Below, one piece after another: positions 43,890 through 52,653 of a stretch of 52,653 nucleotides of DNA. The stretch's first letter is position 1, and every line of letters begins with the position of its first letter. Location: NCBI GenBank assembly GCA_041694835.1, contig JBGFRZ010000053.1:1-52653 (forward strand), in the 5' to 3' direction. The translations under genes were made by a program, and so were the position numbers. The notes below the pieces were generated by a model. That model made no database searches and had not been told where the DNA came from. It worked only from the letters and a program-made list of their open reading frames with translations. This stretch comes from Ignavibacteria bacterium. Lineage in GTDB: Bacteria > Elusimicrobiota > Endomicrobiia > PHAN01.

Positions 43890-46046
43890 TCACGCTTTGC
43901 TAAAAATCGCCATATCGTATGCTATGTTATGGGCTTTTAGTTCGTTGATAAATGATGGAACGACTCCTGTGGCTTTTAAGTCCCCGAGCACTCTGCCTTT
44001 TTCGTCTATGCCCGTTTGTTCAAACTCAAAGATGTCGGATAATGTTATTGTCTCCCTCTCCATACCCGTGATCTCAGTTATCGCCGTGACTTTTCTCGTC
44101 CCGTCTGATAACCTCGCCTGCTGGACAATAATATCAATAGCGCCGGTTATCTGCGATCTTATCGCGGGGATGGGTATTTCCATTCCGGCCATAAGGACAA
44201 GCGTCTCAAGACGAGCGAGTGACTCTCTTGGAGTGTTAGCGTGGATTGTTGTAAGAGAACCGTCATGGCCGGTGTTCATCGCCTGAAGCATATCCAGGGC
44301 TTCGCCTGCGCGGCATTCTCCGACGACTATTCTGTCTGGCCTCATGCGAAGAGAATTTATAACGAGCCTTCTTATGGTTATTTCGCCGGCCCCTTCAATG
44401 TTCGCCGGGCGGGACTCAAGTCTGATCCAGTGTTCCTGCGGCAACTGAAGCTCGGCGGCATCTTCTATTGTTATAATCCTTTCATTTGGCGGGATGAATC
44501 CGGAGAGTATATTCAATAATGTGGTTTTTCCTGAACCCGTGCCGCCTGATATCAGAATATTTTTTCTGAGTCGCACGCATATCCTCAAAAACTCGACCAT
44601 TTCAGGGGTAAGCGAACCGAATTTGATAAGGTCGTTAAAAGTGAGTTTTTCCTTCGAAAACTTTCTTATCGTGATACACGGTCCAACAAGAGAGAGCGGC
44701 GGAATTATGGCATTCACCCTGGAGCCGTCTTTGAGACGGCCGTCGACAAGGGGGGATGCCTCGTCTATCCTGCGTCCGAGCGGTGTCACTATTCTTTCAA
44801 TTACATTGAGCAGTTCCTGGTCGCTCGAAAACTTTCTGTTTGAGAGAAAAATTTTCCCTGCGCGTTCCATAAAAATTCTGTCCTTTCCGTTGACCATTAT
44901 TTCCGTAATCGAGGGATCCTTAAGCAGATCTTCAAGTGGTCCAAGTCCCAGGGCCTGGTCAAGAACTTCAAGGACAAGCAGTGTTCTGTCAAACCTTGAC
45001 GGCAGATTTGACACCTCCGCATCCAGGATTCTTTCTATTTCTTCTCTGACGAGCGTCTTGTTCTCTTCTATCTTTACGGGATCTGTCATATCGGACAGCT
45101 CGAGCCTCTTTTCCTTCATATCTTTTACAAGTCTTTCGTATATCTTGAGCTTTACATCGGCCGAAACCCGGGAAAGCGATGGCATCGCTTTATCATCGTG
45201 CCCCGGAGTCGCCTGCTGAGCCTTTTCTTTCTTTTCTCTCTCTGATTGATGCTCCTTCCGTGTTTGCTCCAGAACCTGGCGGAGACCTGAAAAAAGCGCC
45301 CCGCCATCGGAGCTGTTTTGTATGATAAAACCGGCGAGGTCCGTTATTGCCTTACTGTAAATTGAGCGAGGGGAGTTAATGACGGCCGGCACACCCTTGT
45401 TAATCGACAAAACGCAGGTGTCCGGGTCGTAAGGAATTTTCCAGAGGATTTTTTGTTTAATATACTCGCTGACTTGATTTTCGCCGAGACCCGAATTGAT
45501 GTTTTGCTTATTTAACAATATTTTCAGCATCTGCGTGGGGAAATGGTTCATTATGAAATTCTGCCAAATCTTTTTTGTGTGATAGAGCGCAGCTAGTTCG
45601 GGAACGGTAACAAGCAAAGCTATGTCGGTGTGGTCGAGGACAGCTATGTTGAAGTCGTTGATATTTTTGCTTATGTTCAATATGGTATAATCGTAAACTT
45701 CGCGAAAAAACTGCACCGCTTTTTCGATGTGCGACGGTAAAATGGCGCCCGCTTCTGAAAAGTCGTTGACTACTGGCAGGAAATCAATCCCCGAGTTATG
45801 ATTTATGACATAGCCTTTTGCCAGATGAGGCGTCAGTTTATCGATAATAGTAAGAAGGTCGAGAAGCGATTTGTTCGGTTTGATATTCAGAAGCAAAGAT
45901 ATCTCACCCGCAAGCGCGAGATTGGCGTCAAGAAGAATCACTTTTTTTCTTTCACGCGAAAGTGCGACTCCAAGATTTATGGCCGTGAGCGTCTGTCCCA
46001 CGCCGCCCTTCGCTCCTATGATGGATATAACTATTCCGCTACTCAT
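43890..46046 (-). CDS. tadA: Fused CpaE/TadZ-like ATPase + CpaF/TadA pilus ATPase
   Basis: N-terminal GAKGGVGQT (MinD-like); C-terminal GGTGSGKTT, IEDAAEL, LRMRPDRIVVGECR, AMNTGHDGS. Confidence 0.9.
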   Translation of the reverse strand: MSSGIVISIIGAKGGVGQTLTAINLGVALSRERKKVILLDANLALAGEISLLLNIKPNKSLLDLLTIIDKLTPHLAKGYVINHNSGIDFLPVVNDFSEAGAILPSHIEKAVQFFREVYDYTILNISKNINDFNIAVLDHTDIALLVTVPELAALYHTKKIWQNFIMNHFPTQMLKILLNKQNINSGLGENQVSEYIKQKILWKIPYDPDTCVLSINKGVPAVINSPRSIYSKAITDLAGFIIQNSSDGGALFSGLRQVLEQTRKEHQSEREKKEKAQQATPGHDDKAMPSLSRVSADVKLKIYERLVKDMKEKRLELSDMTDPVKIEENKTLVREEIERILDAEVSNLPSRFDRTLLVLEVLDQALGLGPLEDLLKDPSITEIMVNGKDRIFMERAGKIFLSNRKFSSDQELLNVIERIVTPLGRRIDEASPLVDGRLKDGSRVNAIIPPLSLVGPCITIRKFSKEKLTFNDLIKFGSLTPEMVEFLRICVRLRKNILISGGTGSGKTTLLNILSGFIPPNERIITIEDAAELQLPQEHWIRLESRPANIEGAGEITIRRLVINSLRMRPDRIVVGECRAGEALDMLQAMNTGHDGSLTTIHANTPRESLARLETLVLMAGMEIPIPAIRSQITGAIDIIVQQARLSDGTRKVTAITEITGMERETITLSDIFEFEQTGIDEKGRVLGDLKATGVVPSFINELKAHNIAYDMAIFSKA

Positions 46047-46049
46047 AAC

Positions 46050-46802
46050 CTATCGCAAACTCCCCCTTGTTGATGGAGTAAGCGACGATATCATGTTGTC
46101 TGCTAAACTTCTGGCCGTAAGCCTTATGACCCCTGAGCCGAGCGCATGGGCAAGAATCTGCGCCTCACCGGGTGACAACGCAAGCGTTACCGTCGGGGCA
46201 ACTTCCTCGGGCATAACCCCCATCTCCATTTGCTCTAAATCGACTTCATTTTTTTTTGGTTCGCCCATAATTGAGTCCCTGACGGCAAGAACGGTAACAT
46301 TTTGAAAAAGTGTCACTGTTTTTGAGGGGTCGCCGGGTTCGGCTTCAAGGGTTACAAGCACATCGACTCTATTGCCTGGCATTATTAATTCTGCAACACC
46401 GGTTACGGCGTCAATGGGAATAGTAATCGCCCTCTTTCCATCGGGCACTATCACGGATATCCCGGAAACCCTGCCCGGCGTGATTAACTTTGTCGTAGTA
46501 ATCTGCTCCCCCTGTTCCAGGGGGACCACTGTGGAATAAATATAGAGTCCGTCTTTATCCCAAAGCTGGTTTACATTCGTCAGCGCTTTAGGAGCCACGT
46601 GTTCTGCGGGGATTTTCTTCGAAGTCACCAGGTGTTCTGTCAGAAGAGTCCTTTCCGTGATATATCCCCTGGCAATGAGCACATCTATGGGTCTAGCGCC
46701 CATTCTATACTTTTTTTCAAGACTTGTCAGGTATGCCTGAAGCAAAACAGCGGCAAAAAGAGCGAGGACGATTGAAATTATCAGGGCTTTTCTTTTATGC
46801 AT
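46050..46802 (-). CDS. cpaB: Flp pilus assembly protein CpaB/RcpC
   Basis: N-terminal TM, SAF-like region, GKRAITI, PGNRVDVL, QNVTVLA. Confidence 0.9.
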   Translation of the reverse strand: MHKRKALIISIVLALFAAVLLQAYLTSLEKKYRMGARPIDVLIARGYITERTLLTEHLVTSKKIPAEHVAPKALTNVNQLWDKDGLYIYSTVVPLEQGEQITTTKLITPGRVSGISVIVPDGKRAITIPIDAVTGVAELIMPGNRVDVLVTLEAEPGDPSKTVTLFQNVTVLAVRDSIMGEPKKNEVDLEQMEMGVMPEEVAPTVTLALSPGEAQILAHALGSGVIRLTARSLADNMISSLTPSTRGSLR

Positions 46803-46837
46803 AATTCCCTCCAATCCGAGTGTCTTTCAGTGTTGAG

Positions 46838-46866
46838 ATTATACAATATTTTTATCAGTTTGTCAA
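46838..46866 (-). promoter_or_regulatory. Sigma70 promoter of the Tad assembly operon
   Basis: Minus strand TTGACA-17 nt-TATAAT. Confidence 0.75.
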
Positions 46867-46886
46867 TTATCTTTTTCAAAAAAAAC

Positions 46887-46917
46887 TTGACAAAGTCTTG
46901 GAAATTTGGTATATAAT
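46887..46917 (+). promoter_or_regulatory. Divergent sigma70 promoter of the pilin operon
   Basis: TTGACA followed after 17 nt by TATATAAT. Confidence 0.6.
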
Positions 46918-46921
46918 TATT

Positions 46922-47089
46922 GTGTTTTACAAGAGTCTTTCTTCACAAAGTGCGCAAAGTGCAGTTGAATATCTTTTCCTTATCTTTCTTGTCGGGCTGT
47001 CTTCGATAATCACCCTTCAATTGCTTGGGCTATCGCTGACAACCACTTTTTTTTCATTTGTAAGAATGATAGCGGAGGAAATAAGGTGA
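46922..47089 (+). CDS. Flp-like pilin 1 (start uncertain)
   Basis: AQSAVEY followed by a hydrophobic helix; stop overlaps next GTG. Confidence 0.55.
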   Translation: MFYKSLSSQSAQSAVEYLFLIFLVGLSSIITLQLLGLSLTTTFFSFVRMIAEEIR

Positions 47090-47292
47090 AAAAATCTCTA
47101 AGTGTAAGAAACGATACTATCGCTGATGGCGCCGGGATGGTAGAATATATTCTTGTCTTGTTTTTGATAGCTCTAATAGCGTATCTGGGTGTTCAGCAGT
47201 TCGGTCTTGCCGTCAGAAATAGATGGCTTAGCGCAAACAGAAAGGTGCAATCCCTATATCTTGGAGAACCGGGAATGGATAGAATTAGATAG
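47086..47292 (+). CDS. Flp-like pilin 2
   Basis: GAGMVEYILVLFLIAL...FG; GGAGG SD. Confidence 0.8.
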   Translation: MKKSLSVRNDTIADGAGMVEYILVLFLIALIAYLGVQQFGLAVRNRWLSANRKVQSLYLGEPGMDRIR

Positions 47293-47326
47293 TTCTAAAA
47301 TGGCAGCGGAAAGGAGGTGATGAGAT

Positions 47327-47485
47327 ATGTTTTTAAGAGATGAAAGAGGGCAAGGTATGACGGAGTATATACTCCTCGTGTTTCTTATAGCAATTCTTGC
47401 TTATGTGGCGGTTCAGTTCTTTGGCGGTACGATTAAGAATGCGTTTAACAGCGCCGCAAAAAGAGTTAAAAGTGCAGCAAGATAA
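47327..47485 (+). CDS. flp: Flp pilin 3, 52 aa (absent from ORF track); candidate major pilin
   Basis: AAGGAGGTGA SD; MFLRDERGQGMTEYILLVFLIAILAYVAVQFFGGTIKNAFNSAAKRVKSAAR*. Confidence 0.9.
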   Translation: MFLRDERGQGMTEYILLVFLIAILAYVAVQFFGGTIKNAFNSAAKRVKSAAR

Positions 47486-47561
47486 AAGCAAAGAATTGTG
47501 GTAGAATGAAAATGGATTTCGTGGCAATATGCTGACCATTTCAGGGGGGGAGAGGTGTTTT

Positions 47562-47741
47562 ATGGCGGTTTTGCAGTTCAATCGTCAGAATAAAGGGCAA
47601 AGTTTGGCGGAGTACATCATTGTGGTGATGCTATGCGCTCTTGTGGCCGCCGGAAGTTATAATCTCTTTTCGAGGGCGCTCTCTATGTTTTACAACAGAA
47701 TGCGCTCCGCCAGAACGGGGACAGCGGGGATATTTCCGTGA
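47562..47741 (+). CDS. Flp-like pilin 4
   Basis: KGQSLAEYIIVVMLCAL; GAGGTG SD. Confidence 0.8.
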   Translation: MAVLQFNRQNKGQSLAEYIIVVMLCALVAAGSYNLFSRALSMFYNRMRSARTGTAGIFP

Positions 47742-48226
47742 AGCTTCTTCGCAAAAAAAACATTCCTTCTAATCTAAAAAATAAACAAAAAGGTCAGGCG
47801 ATGGTGGAATCCGTCATATGTTTTGTTTTGCTTTTATTCTTTCTTTTCGCGGTTATGGACATGGCTATGATAGCGAATTGCGTTTTCGTCCTTCATGACA
47901 CCGCCCAAGCCGCCGCACGAGCGGCTGCCGTCAGAGAAAACGCCACTGTGGCAGCCACAATACTTCTAACAAGAACAATCGGCGTAGTGGGAAGTCACGG
48001 AGAGTTTGGCGGAGTTACAATCAGTCGCCGCAACGTCTCTTCCAACAACTACATAGGTGTCTCTCTCTCCGAGAGTTCGCAAAACCCCGTCAGGGTTATC
48101 ATAGCGGAGGCCAGGTATTTTTACAGGCCATTTTTCGTATATACCCCGCTTATGACGAGAATACCACTGCGAGCAACCTATAGAATTATGGAAGAGCCAG
48201 TTCTTCCGTCCGCGGGAAGCAGTTAA
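47738..48226 (+). CDS. TadE-like pseudopilin
   Basis: KGQAMVE + hydrophobic helix, AQAAARAA. Confidence 0.82.
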   Translation: MKLLRKKNIPSNLKNKQKGQAMVESVICFVLLLFFLFAVMDMAMIANCVFVLHDTAQAAARAAAVRENATVAATILLTRTIGVVGSHGEFGGVTISRRNVSSNNYIGVSLSESSQNPVRVIIAEARYFYRPFFVYTPLMTRIPLRATYRIMEEPVLPSAGSS

Positions 48227-48228
48227 CT

Positions 48229-49107
48229 ATGAATACTTTTTATAGATTGAAGCGCGAAAAAGGCCAATCGCTGGTGCTTGTGGTTCTCTCCATATTGGTC
48301 CTTTCAATGTTTTCATTTATGGTAGTCAGTATAGGCGAGCTAATTTATACAAGGATAAAAATGCAAAACGCCTCAGATGCGGCATCACTTACCGCCGCAA
48401 GATTAATGGCAAGAAGTTTGAATAATATCGCGAGAGCAAATGTTCTTATGAACGGTCTTGTTACAAGAGTTAGAATGCTTGGCCGCGAAGGTTATTTTGT
48501 CAATCAGAATGTTCTGGCAGCTTTTAGAGCGGCAAGAAGTGCTCTTGTTGCGGCTGTCCGGGCGGGTTCGGGAGGCTTTGTTTTGTGGGGCGCACGAGAG
48601 GCAGCAAGAAGAAACGGCGCTGAAGGTGTTTCTCTCGGAATTCCTCCGACACGTCTATCGCTTCAACTTCAGGCACAGCGCGGCAATCCCTGGGTTTATA
48701 GAATCGTAACTGTCGCAGGTGTGCCGATTCCGCTTCCGGGTTCGCCGCTGCGGGCAGGCATGGGAACCATTATGTATGTCAGAAGATGGGAGCCATCTTT
48801 ACTAAGAGCGCAGCCGCCACATCGTGTCAGATACAGGGCATATGTCACCGCTCCGACACCATTTGCAGGAGCGCTTTTTACCGGCATCAGAGCATCCAGG
48901 ACGAGAGTTCAGGCGATGTCCGAAGCAAAGGTCTGGCTGGATGTCCGACCGGACGCCATGGTGCATAACGGCGGCTTTTTAAGAGTCTCCGAGATGCGAT
49001 GGTGGGAAGGCATTGGAATTCAAAGTTGGTGGCCACAGTTCAATGCCTCTTTGACAAATCTTACTCTTGGGGTTGGCCACGGGGATAATCCTGTATATTT
49101 CCATTAA
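48229..49107 (+). CDS. TadG-like pseudopilin
   Basis: KGQSLVL + TM, MQNASDAASLTAA. Confidence 0.8.
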   Translation: MNTFYRLKREKGQSLVLVVLSILVLSMFSFMVVSIGELIYTRIKMQNASDAASLTAARLMARSLNNIARANVLMNGLVTRVRMLGREGYFVNQNVLAAFRAARSALVAAVRAGSGGFVLWGAREAARRNGAEGVSLGIPPTRLSLQLQAQRGNPWVYRIVTVAGVPIPLPGSPLRAGMGTIMYVRRWEPSLLRAQPPHRVRYRAYVTAPTPFAGALFTGIRASRTRVQAMSEAKVWLDVRPDAMVHNGGFLRVSEMRWWEGIGIQSWWPQFNASLTNLTLGVGHGDNPVYFH

Positions 49108-49109
49108 AA

Positions 49110-49550
49110 ATGAAAAACAGGACGAGCAAGAACTCAGGTCAGACACTTGTTGAGTTTGTAATCTCGCTTATAGTCATACCAATCTTTTTTGTGGGGATTG
49201 TCCATCTTACACAGGTTTTGATGGTTAGAATCAGATTGGTACAAGCGGCGAGACACGGGGTGTGGCTTATATCGACGGGACGCGTCTCTGATGCGGTCGC
49301 AAGACAAGAAATAACCGACTTTCTTGCGACGGGTTTTCCGAGATTGCAGCGAAGAAATATTACAATAAGACCTTTTATCAGGCGCCAGGTGCCATTTTCA
49401 CTTGACACTGTGGAAATCGAATATAATCTAAGAACATTTCAGTTTACGGACAACTTCTTCAGACCTCTTACTTTTGCCGACTATCGTATCAGAGAATCGG
49501 CAACAGTGGGCAACGTTTCTCAAATAGGAAGACCCTATCTTGCATTTTAA
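49110..49550 (+). CDS. TadE-like pseudopilin
   Basis: SGQTLVEF + TM, AARHG. Confidence 0.82.
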   Translation: MKNRTSKNSGQTLVEFVISLIVIPIFFVGIVHLTQVLMVRIRLVQAARHGVWLISTGRVSDAVARQEITDFLATGFPRLQRRNITIRPFIRRQVPFSLDTVEIEYNLRTFQFTDNFFRPLTFADYRIRESATVGNVSQIGRPYLAF

Positions 49551-49557
49551 CTTTCCA

Positions 49558-49577
49558 GTGCTCCGTCTCACAAATAG
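49558..49577. mobile_element. Solo MITE end (same family as 27176-27513)
   Basis: GTGCTCCGTCTCACAAATAG matches the reverse complement of that MITE's right end at 19/20. Confidence 0.6.
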
Positions 49578-49780
49578 GGGTTATCAGGACTGCTGTAATA
49601 TAAATTTCGTAGATATTCTTCATATTGATATTCTGATTTCATCGTGATAGCCGTTGCCTAGATATTTCACTAAAGAAAAGCCATTCTAAAGCTTCGGTAA
49701 AACTACTTTTACTTGACCCATTGAGGCCATAAATTATTATGACATCGCTGTCGAGAGATATTGTTTGCTCAGTGATGTTT
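49578..49780 (-). pseudogene. N-terminal remnant of an SMC/ABC-type ATPase
   Basis: Minus strand reads TISLDSDVIIIYGLNGSSKSSFTEALEWLFF (degenerate Walker A), then a stop/frameshift; no start codon. Confidence 0.55.
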
Positions 49781-49844
49781 TTCGCTTTTTGTCCCCTCCC
49801 TCTTTATTACTGCTGTTTACGATATTTTTAAGCGAATTCATAGT

Positions 49845-52448
49845 TCAAGAAAGTATTTTCTTTTCTAATGTTTCTTCAAATTCTTTTTTCAAATTTTCGT
49901 TATAGAAGGGTAGACCTATCAGCTTAAAGTGATTATTTTCTAATTTTAAATCTGTGTCTGCTTGATTCTCCAATTCTAGCAAGAAATCTTGTTTCCATCC
50001 TTCTTTAGAATTTTCAAATCTCCTCTGTTTATCTTTAAACTGATCGCCTTTCGGTTCAATAAAAATCTGGTAAATGCTGATAACTTTATTTCTTTCCTTT
50101 AAAATCATTATGAAGTCAGGCTCAAATGGCCTGCCCTCATCAAAATCAAATACCTGAAAGAATTTTTCGTTACGAAGTAGAGCGATATCTGAATACTTTT
50201 GTCTTAACTTTTCTATAAATCCATCAATAAAACTGATAAATTTTTGTTCCTCATCTGTGCCATAAAATTCATTCTGGGCATACCAATCTTTTTCAGCTAA
50301 ATTAACATCTTTCAATTTTTTGTTTTCAACTTCGTCAATATCTATTTTGATTTTCTTATCTTTAAAAACCTGTTGCAGCAATCTGGCTTTAAATAGATTA
50401 GTACCTACAAACTCCGAAGTATTAACTCTCGCTTTTTCCGCTACATTTTTAACCACGAATAAAACTATTTCCAATTTCTCAATTGGCGTTAGTTTGTTTA
50501 ACTTATTTTTTGGTCCCGAAACTTCTATCTCAACTCCACTCAAATAATTAGAAGATAGAACAAATTCTCTAACCGATTTAATGTGAGGAAAATATTTTTT
50601 TAATGTTTCAAATTTATAGAACTCAAATTTATCTAACGCACCTCTAATTATATTCTCTCCGAAATCAGAAAGTTTATATTTCATTTTGCTGCGCGCCACA
50701 GCTTTTGCCGGCTTTGCTTCTTCACCTTCAGCCAGAATAATCTCTTCTCTGACCTCTCCGGTTTTCAATTTATAGGGGTAGCTTTGCCCGATTTTTGCGT
50801 CATCTAAACTAAAAATTTCTGTCCTTGGATTTGCTACTCTATCATTTATAAAAACAACTCCATTTTCCCAAAACTCGGTTTTTTTGAATTCCGGCTTGAT
50901 AAACAAATCCATCTGAACGTGTGTTTCTGGTATAATGCCAATTTCTTTAAGTGTGCTTTTTATTTCGCTAATATAGTCGAGGTTGTGCGCGCTGTGATAA
51001 TGCAATGTTTCCACAATTCGCATTTCATTCTCAATATCATCGTCAAACTTCCTTTTATATCTATCCTCTGTTTCATCCAGCTGAAATGGAAAGTATCTCG
51101 CTCCTCTGCCAATAAGCTGGGCTTCGCCCATTGTTGTATTGCCGGGCTTATATTTTCCGCGAACATATTTTCCGTCTCGGGTATCATATAACCTCACAAT
51201 GTCAAACAAGTTTAGCACATCCCAACCCTCGTTAAGCATATTTACCGCAAAAATTGCCCTTGTTTCGTTATTTCTGTTCTCTAAAGAATTAAGTACCAGC
51301 TGCTTTTCTTCATCAACATTTTCAGAATCCAAAAGCATGCATTTTTCTTCGGCAAAATCTTCTTGTAGTTCTCTAATTAAATTTTCAGGGCTTATATTTT
51401 CTCTTTGAAAATAGTTAAATGCTTTCTCTAAATCTGTTCCCTTTGATCGCGAGCTTATTTCTTGAATGTCTTTTGAAGATAAACTTTTTATTTTCTCTAA
51501 AAAGTTGTCATAATTCTCTTTTGACTCCTTAATGCTTTTTGACTTGAGAAGCAGAACCGGCTTTAAGTAAAGCTTGTTTTTCTCGGCTATCTTTCTGCGA
51601 TACTGGCTCAAAATAACAGCTTGCAAAGCTCTATCAAGCGGCTCCAAGTCGGCCTGCAAAACTTCTATCTCTTTTGAAAATTTATCCAAGCGAAACTGCT
51701 TCAAGTCATACCGGAAAATAATTTTATCGTCGTATTTCTGAGCAATATTTGGATTGCCTAAATCAATCGTAGCGGTAAATTCCAGTAAAATGTTTTTGGA
51801 ATTACTTTTAAAAATTCTCTCGGCTGTATATTCCCAGCTTTTTTCTAATTCAATTTCTTCTCTACCTTTCTTTGTTATTGTCTGTAAATGATGTGCCTCG
51901 TCAGAAATCAAAACAATTTCCTTGTCGTTAAAATCTCCATAAGTTAAAGCGTTTTCTCTTGGATAATTCAGACGGGTATGTAATCCTTGAATAGTTGTAA
52001 AAAGGATATTTATATCTTCCGAACTTGCCGCCTCAAAATTCTGGACCCTTTTAACAAAAACTTCTTTTTCGCCGAATTTAATTTTGGGCGCAAAAAGATA
52101 TTTTTCAGATAAAGGATTTAGAAAGTTATCTTTTGTTTTCTCAATGATGTTTACGCTGTTCACAAAAAAGATAAAGTTGCGGTAGCCCTGTTTGTAAAGT
52201 TGTAAAATGTTGGCGGCCATAACCAGTGTTTTGCCGGAACCCGTCGCCATATGAAAAAGCAGCTGCGCCGGGTATTTTCTCTTTTGAAAATCTCCAAAAT
52301 AAAAATCAAATCGGCCCAACGCTTCTTTCTGATATTCTCTTAACTCAAACTTTGGATTGAGATTTTGGACTATCTCATTATCAATCCGAGAAGTAAAATA
52401 ATCCTCTCCGTGAGCTTCTTTTAGCGAATTAAAAACTTCATAAAGCAT
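49845..52448 (-). CDS. res: Type III restriction-modification Res subunit
   Basis: LREYQ, FHMATGSGKT, DEAHH, EGWDV, QLIGRGAR, C-terminal FEPDF..IEPKG nuclease motif. Confidence 0.88.
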   Translation of the reverse strand: MLYEVFNSLKEAHGEDYFTSRIDNEIVQNLNPKFELREYQKEALGRFDFYFGDFQKRKYPAQLLFHMATGSGKTLVMAANILQLYKQGYRNFIFFVNSVNIIEKTKDNFLNPLSEKYLFAPKIKFGEKEVFVKRVQNFEAASSEDINILFTTIQGLHTRLNYPRENALTYGDFNDKEIVLISDEAHHLQTITKKGREEIELEKSWEYTAERIFKSNSKNILLEFTATIDLGNPNIAQKYDDKIIFRYDLKQFRLDKFSKEIEVLQADLEPLDRALQAVILSQYRRKIAEKNKLYLKPVLLLKSKSIKESKENYDNFLEKIKSLSSKDIQEISSRSKGTDLEKAFNYFQRENISPENLIRELQEDFAEEKCMLLDSENVDEEKQLVLNSLENRNNETRAIFAVNMLNEGWDVLNLFDIVRLYDTRDGKYVRGKYKPGNTTMGEAQLIGRGARYFPFQLDETEDRYKRKFDDDIENEMRIVETLHYHSAHNLDYISEIKSTLKEIGIIPETHVQMDLFIKPEFKKTEFWENGVVFINDRVANPRTEIFSLDDAKIGQSYPYKLKTGEVREEIILAEGEEAKPAKAVARSKMKYKLSDFGENIIRGALDKFEFYKFETLKKYFPHIKSVREFVLSSNYLSGVEIEVSGPKNKLNKLTPIEKLEIVLFVVKNVAEKARVNTSEFVGTNLFKARLLQQVFKDKKIKIDIDEVENKKLKDVNLAEKDWYAQNEFYGTDEEQKFISFIDGFIEKLRQKYSDIALLRNEKFFQVFDFDEGRPFEPDFIMILKERNKVISIYQIFIEPKGDQFKDKQRRFENSKEGWKQDFLLELENQADTDLKLENNHFKLIGLPFYNENLKKEFEETLEKKILS

Positions 52449-52450
52449 AG

Positions 52451-52533
52451 TTATCCTTCTAAAAGATTGGTGATAATTTTTATTAAAATTTCCTTATCTT
52501 TTGGATCGCTAATAGCAATTAAAAGCGATAGTG
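52451..52533 (-). pseudogene. 3' stub of a gene cut by the IS (resembles RhuM/Fic-type C-terminus)
   Basis: LSLLIAISDPKDKEILIKIITNLLEG*, stop 2 nt before the res start; family assignment from memory. Confidence 0.5.
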
Positions 52534-52653
52534 TGGGGTGTACCCCTTTGACTGTACAAAAGAATTAGTATTGTGCTGACAAGGCATTGAGATTGTTTTT
52601 ATAGTTGGCTTCAAACTCGTTCGGAGTCAAGTAACCCAAGGACGAGTGAAGCC
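52534..52653 (-). mobile_element. IS3-family insertion sequence, right end (partial)
   Basis: LHSSLGYLTPNEFE transposase C-terminus (stop at 52565) followed by IR ..GTCAAAGGGGTACACCCCA. Confidence 0.85.

Noticed and set aside
10995-45219. Long antisense ORFs (10995-11855, 16204-16980, 44494-45219)
   Set aside because: Shadows of glgP, hppA and tadA

Overview
Bacterial chromosomal window from a diderm organism (lineage not determinable here; Elusimicrobiota-like is only a guess). It carries housekeeping genes (folK, hup, hom, proA, nadD-yqeK, rsfS, argS, glgP, kamA, hppA, cysE, valS, rph, rdgB, udg, split coaB/coaC, gmk, rmuC, cutA), three tRNAs, a Tad/Flp pilus locus with four tandem pilin genes, and a decaying defence segment at the right end (type III Res gene, IS3 end). 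Two things stand out. (1) A dense, ORF-less system of modular hairpin repeats (7-nt tandem arms, ~9-nt arms, GTAG-type REPs, nested and mosaic MITEs) occupies many of the larger intergenic gaps and has entered the essential valS gene three times in frame, adding ~170 aa; two of the inserts share a 115-bp cassette. (2) tRNA-Arg(UCU) is split after the wobble base by a 426-nt group I intron containing a decayed PD-(D/E)XK homing endonuclease gene. All calls come from reading the sequence and recalled motifs; no searches were run.
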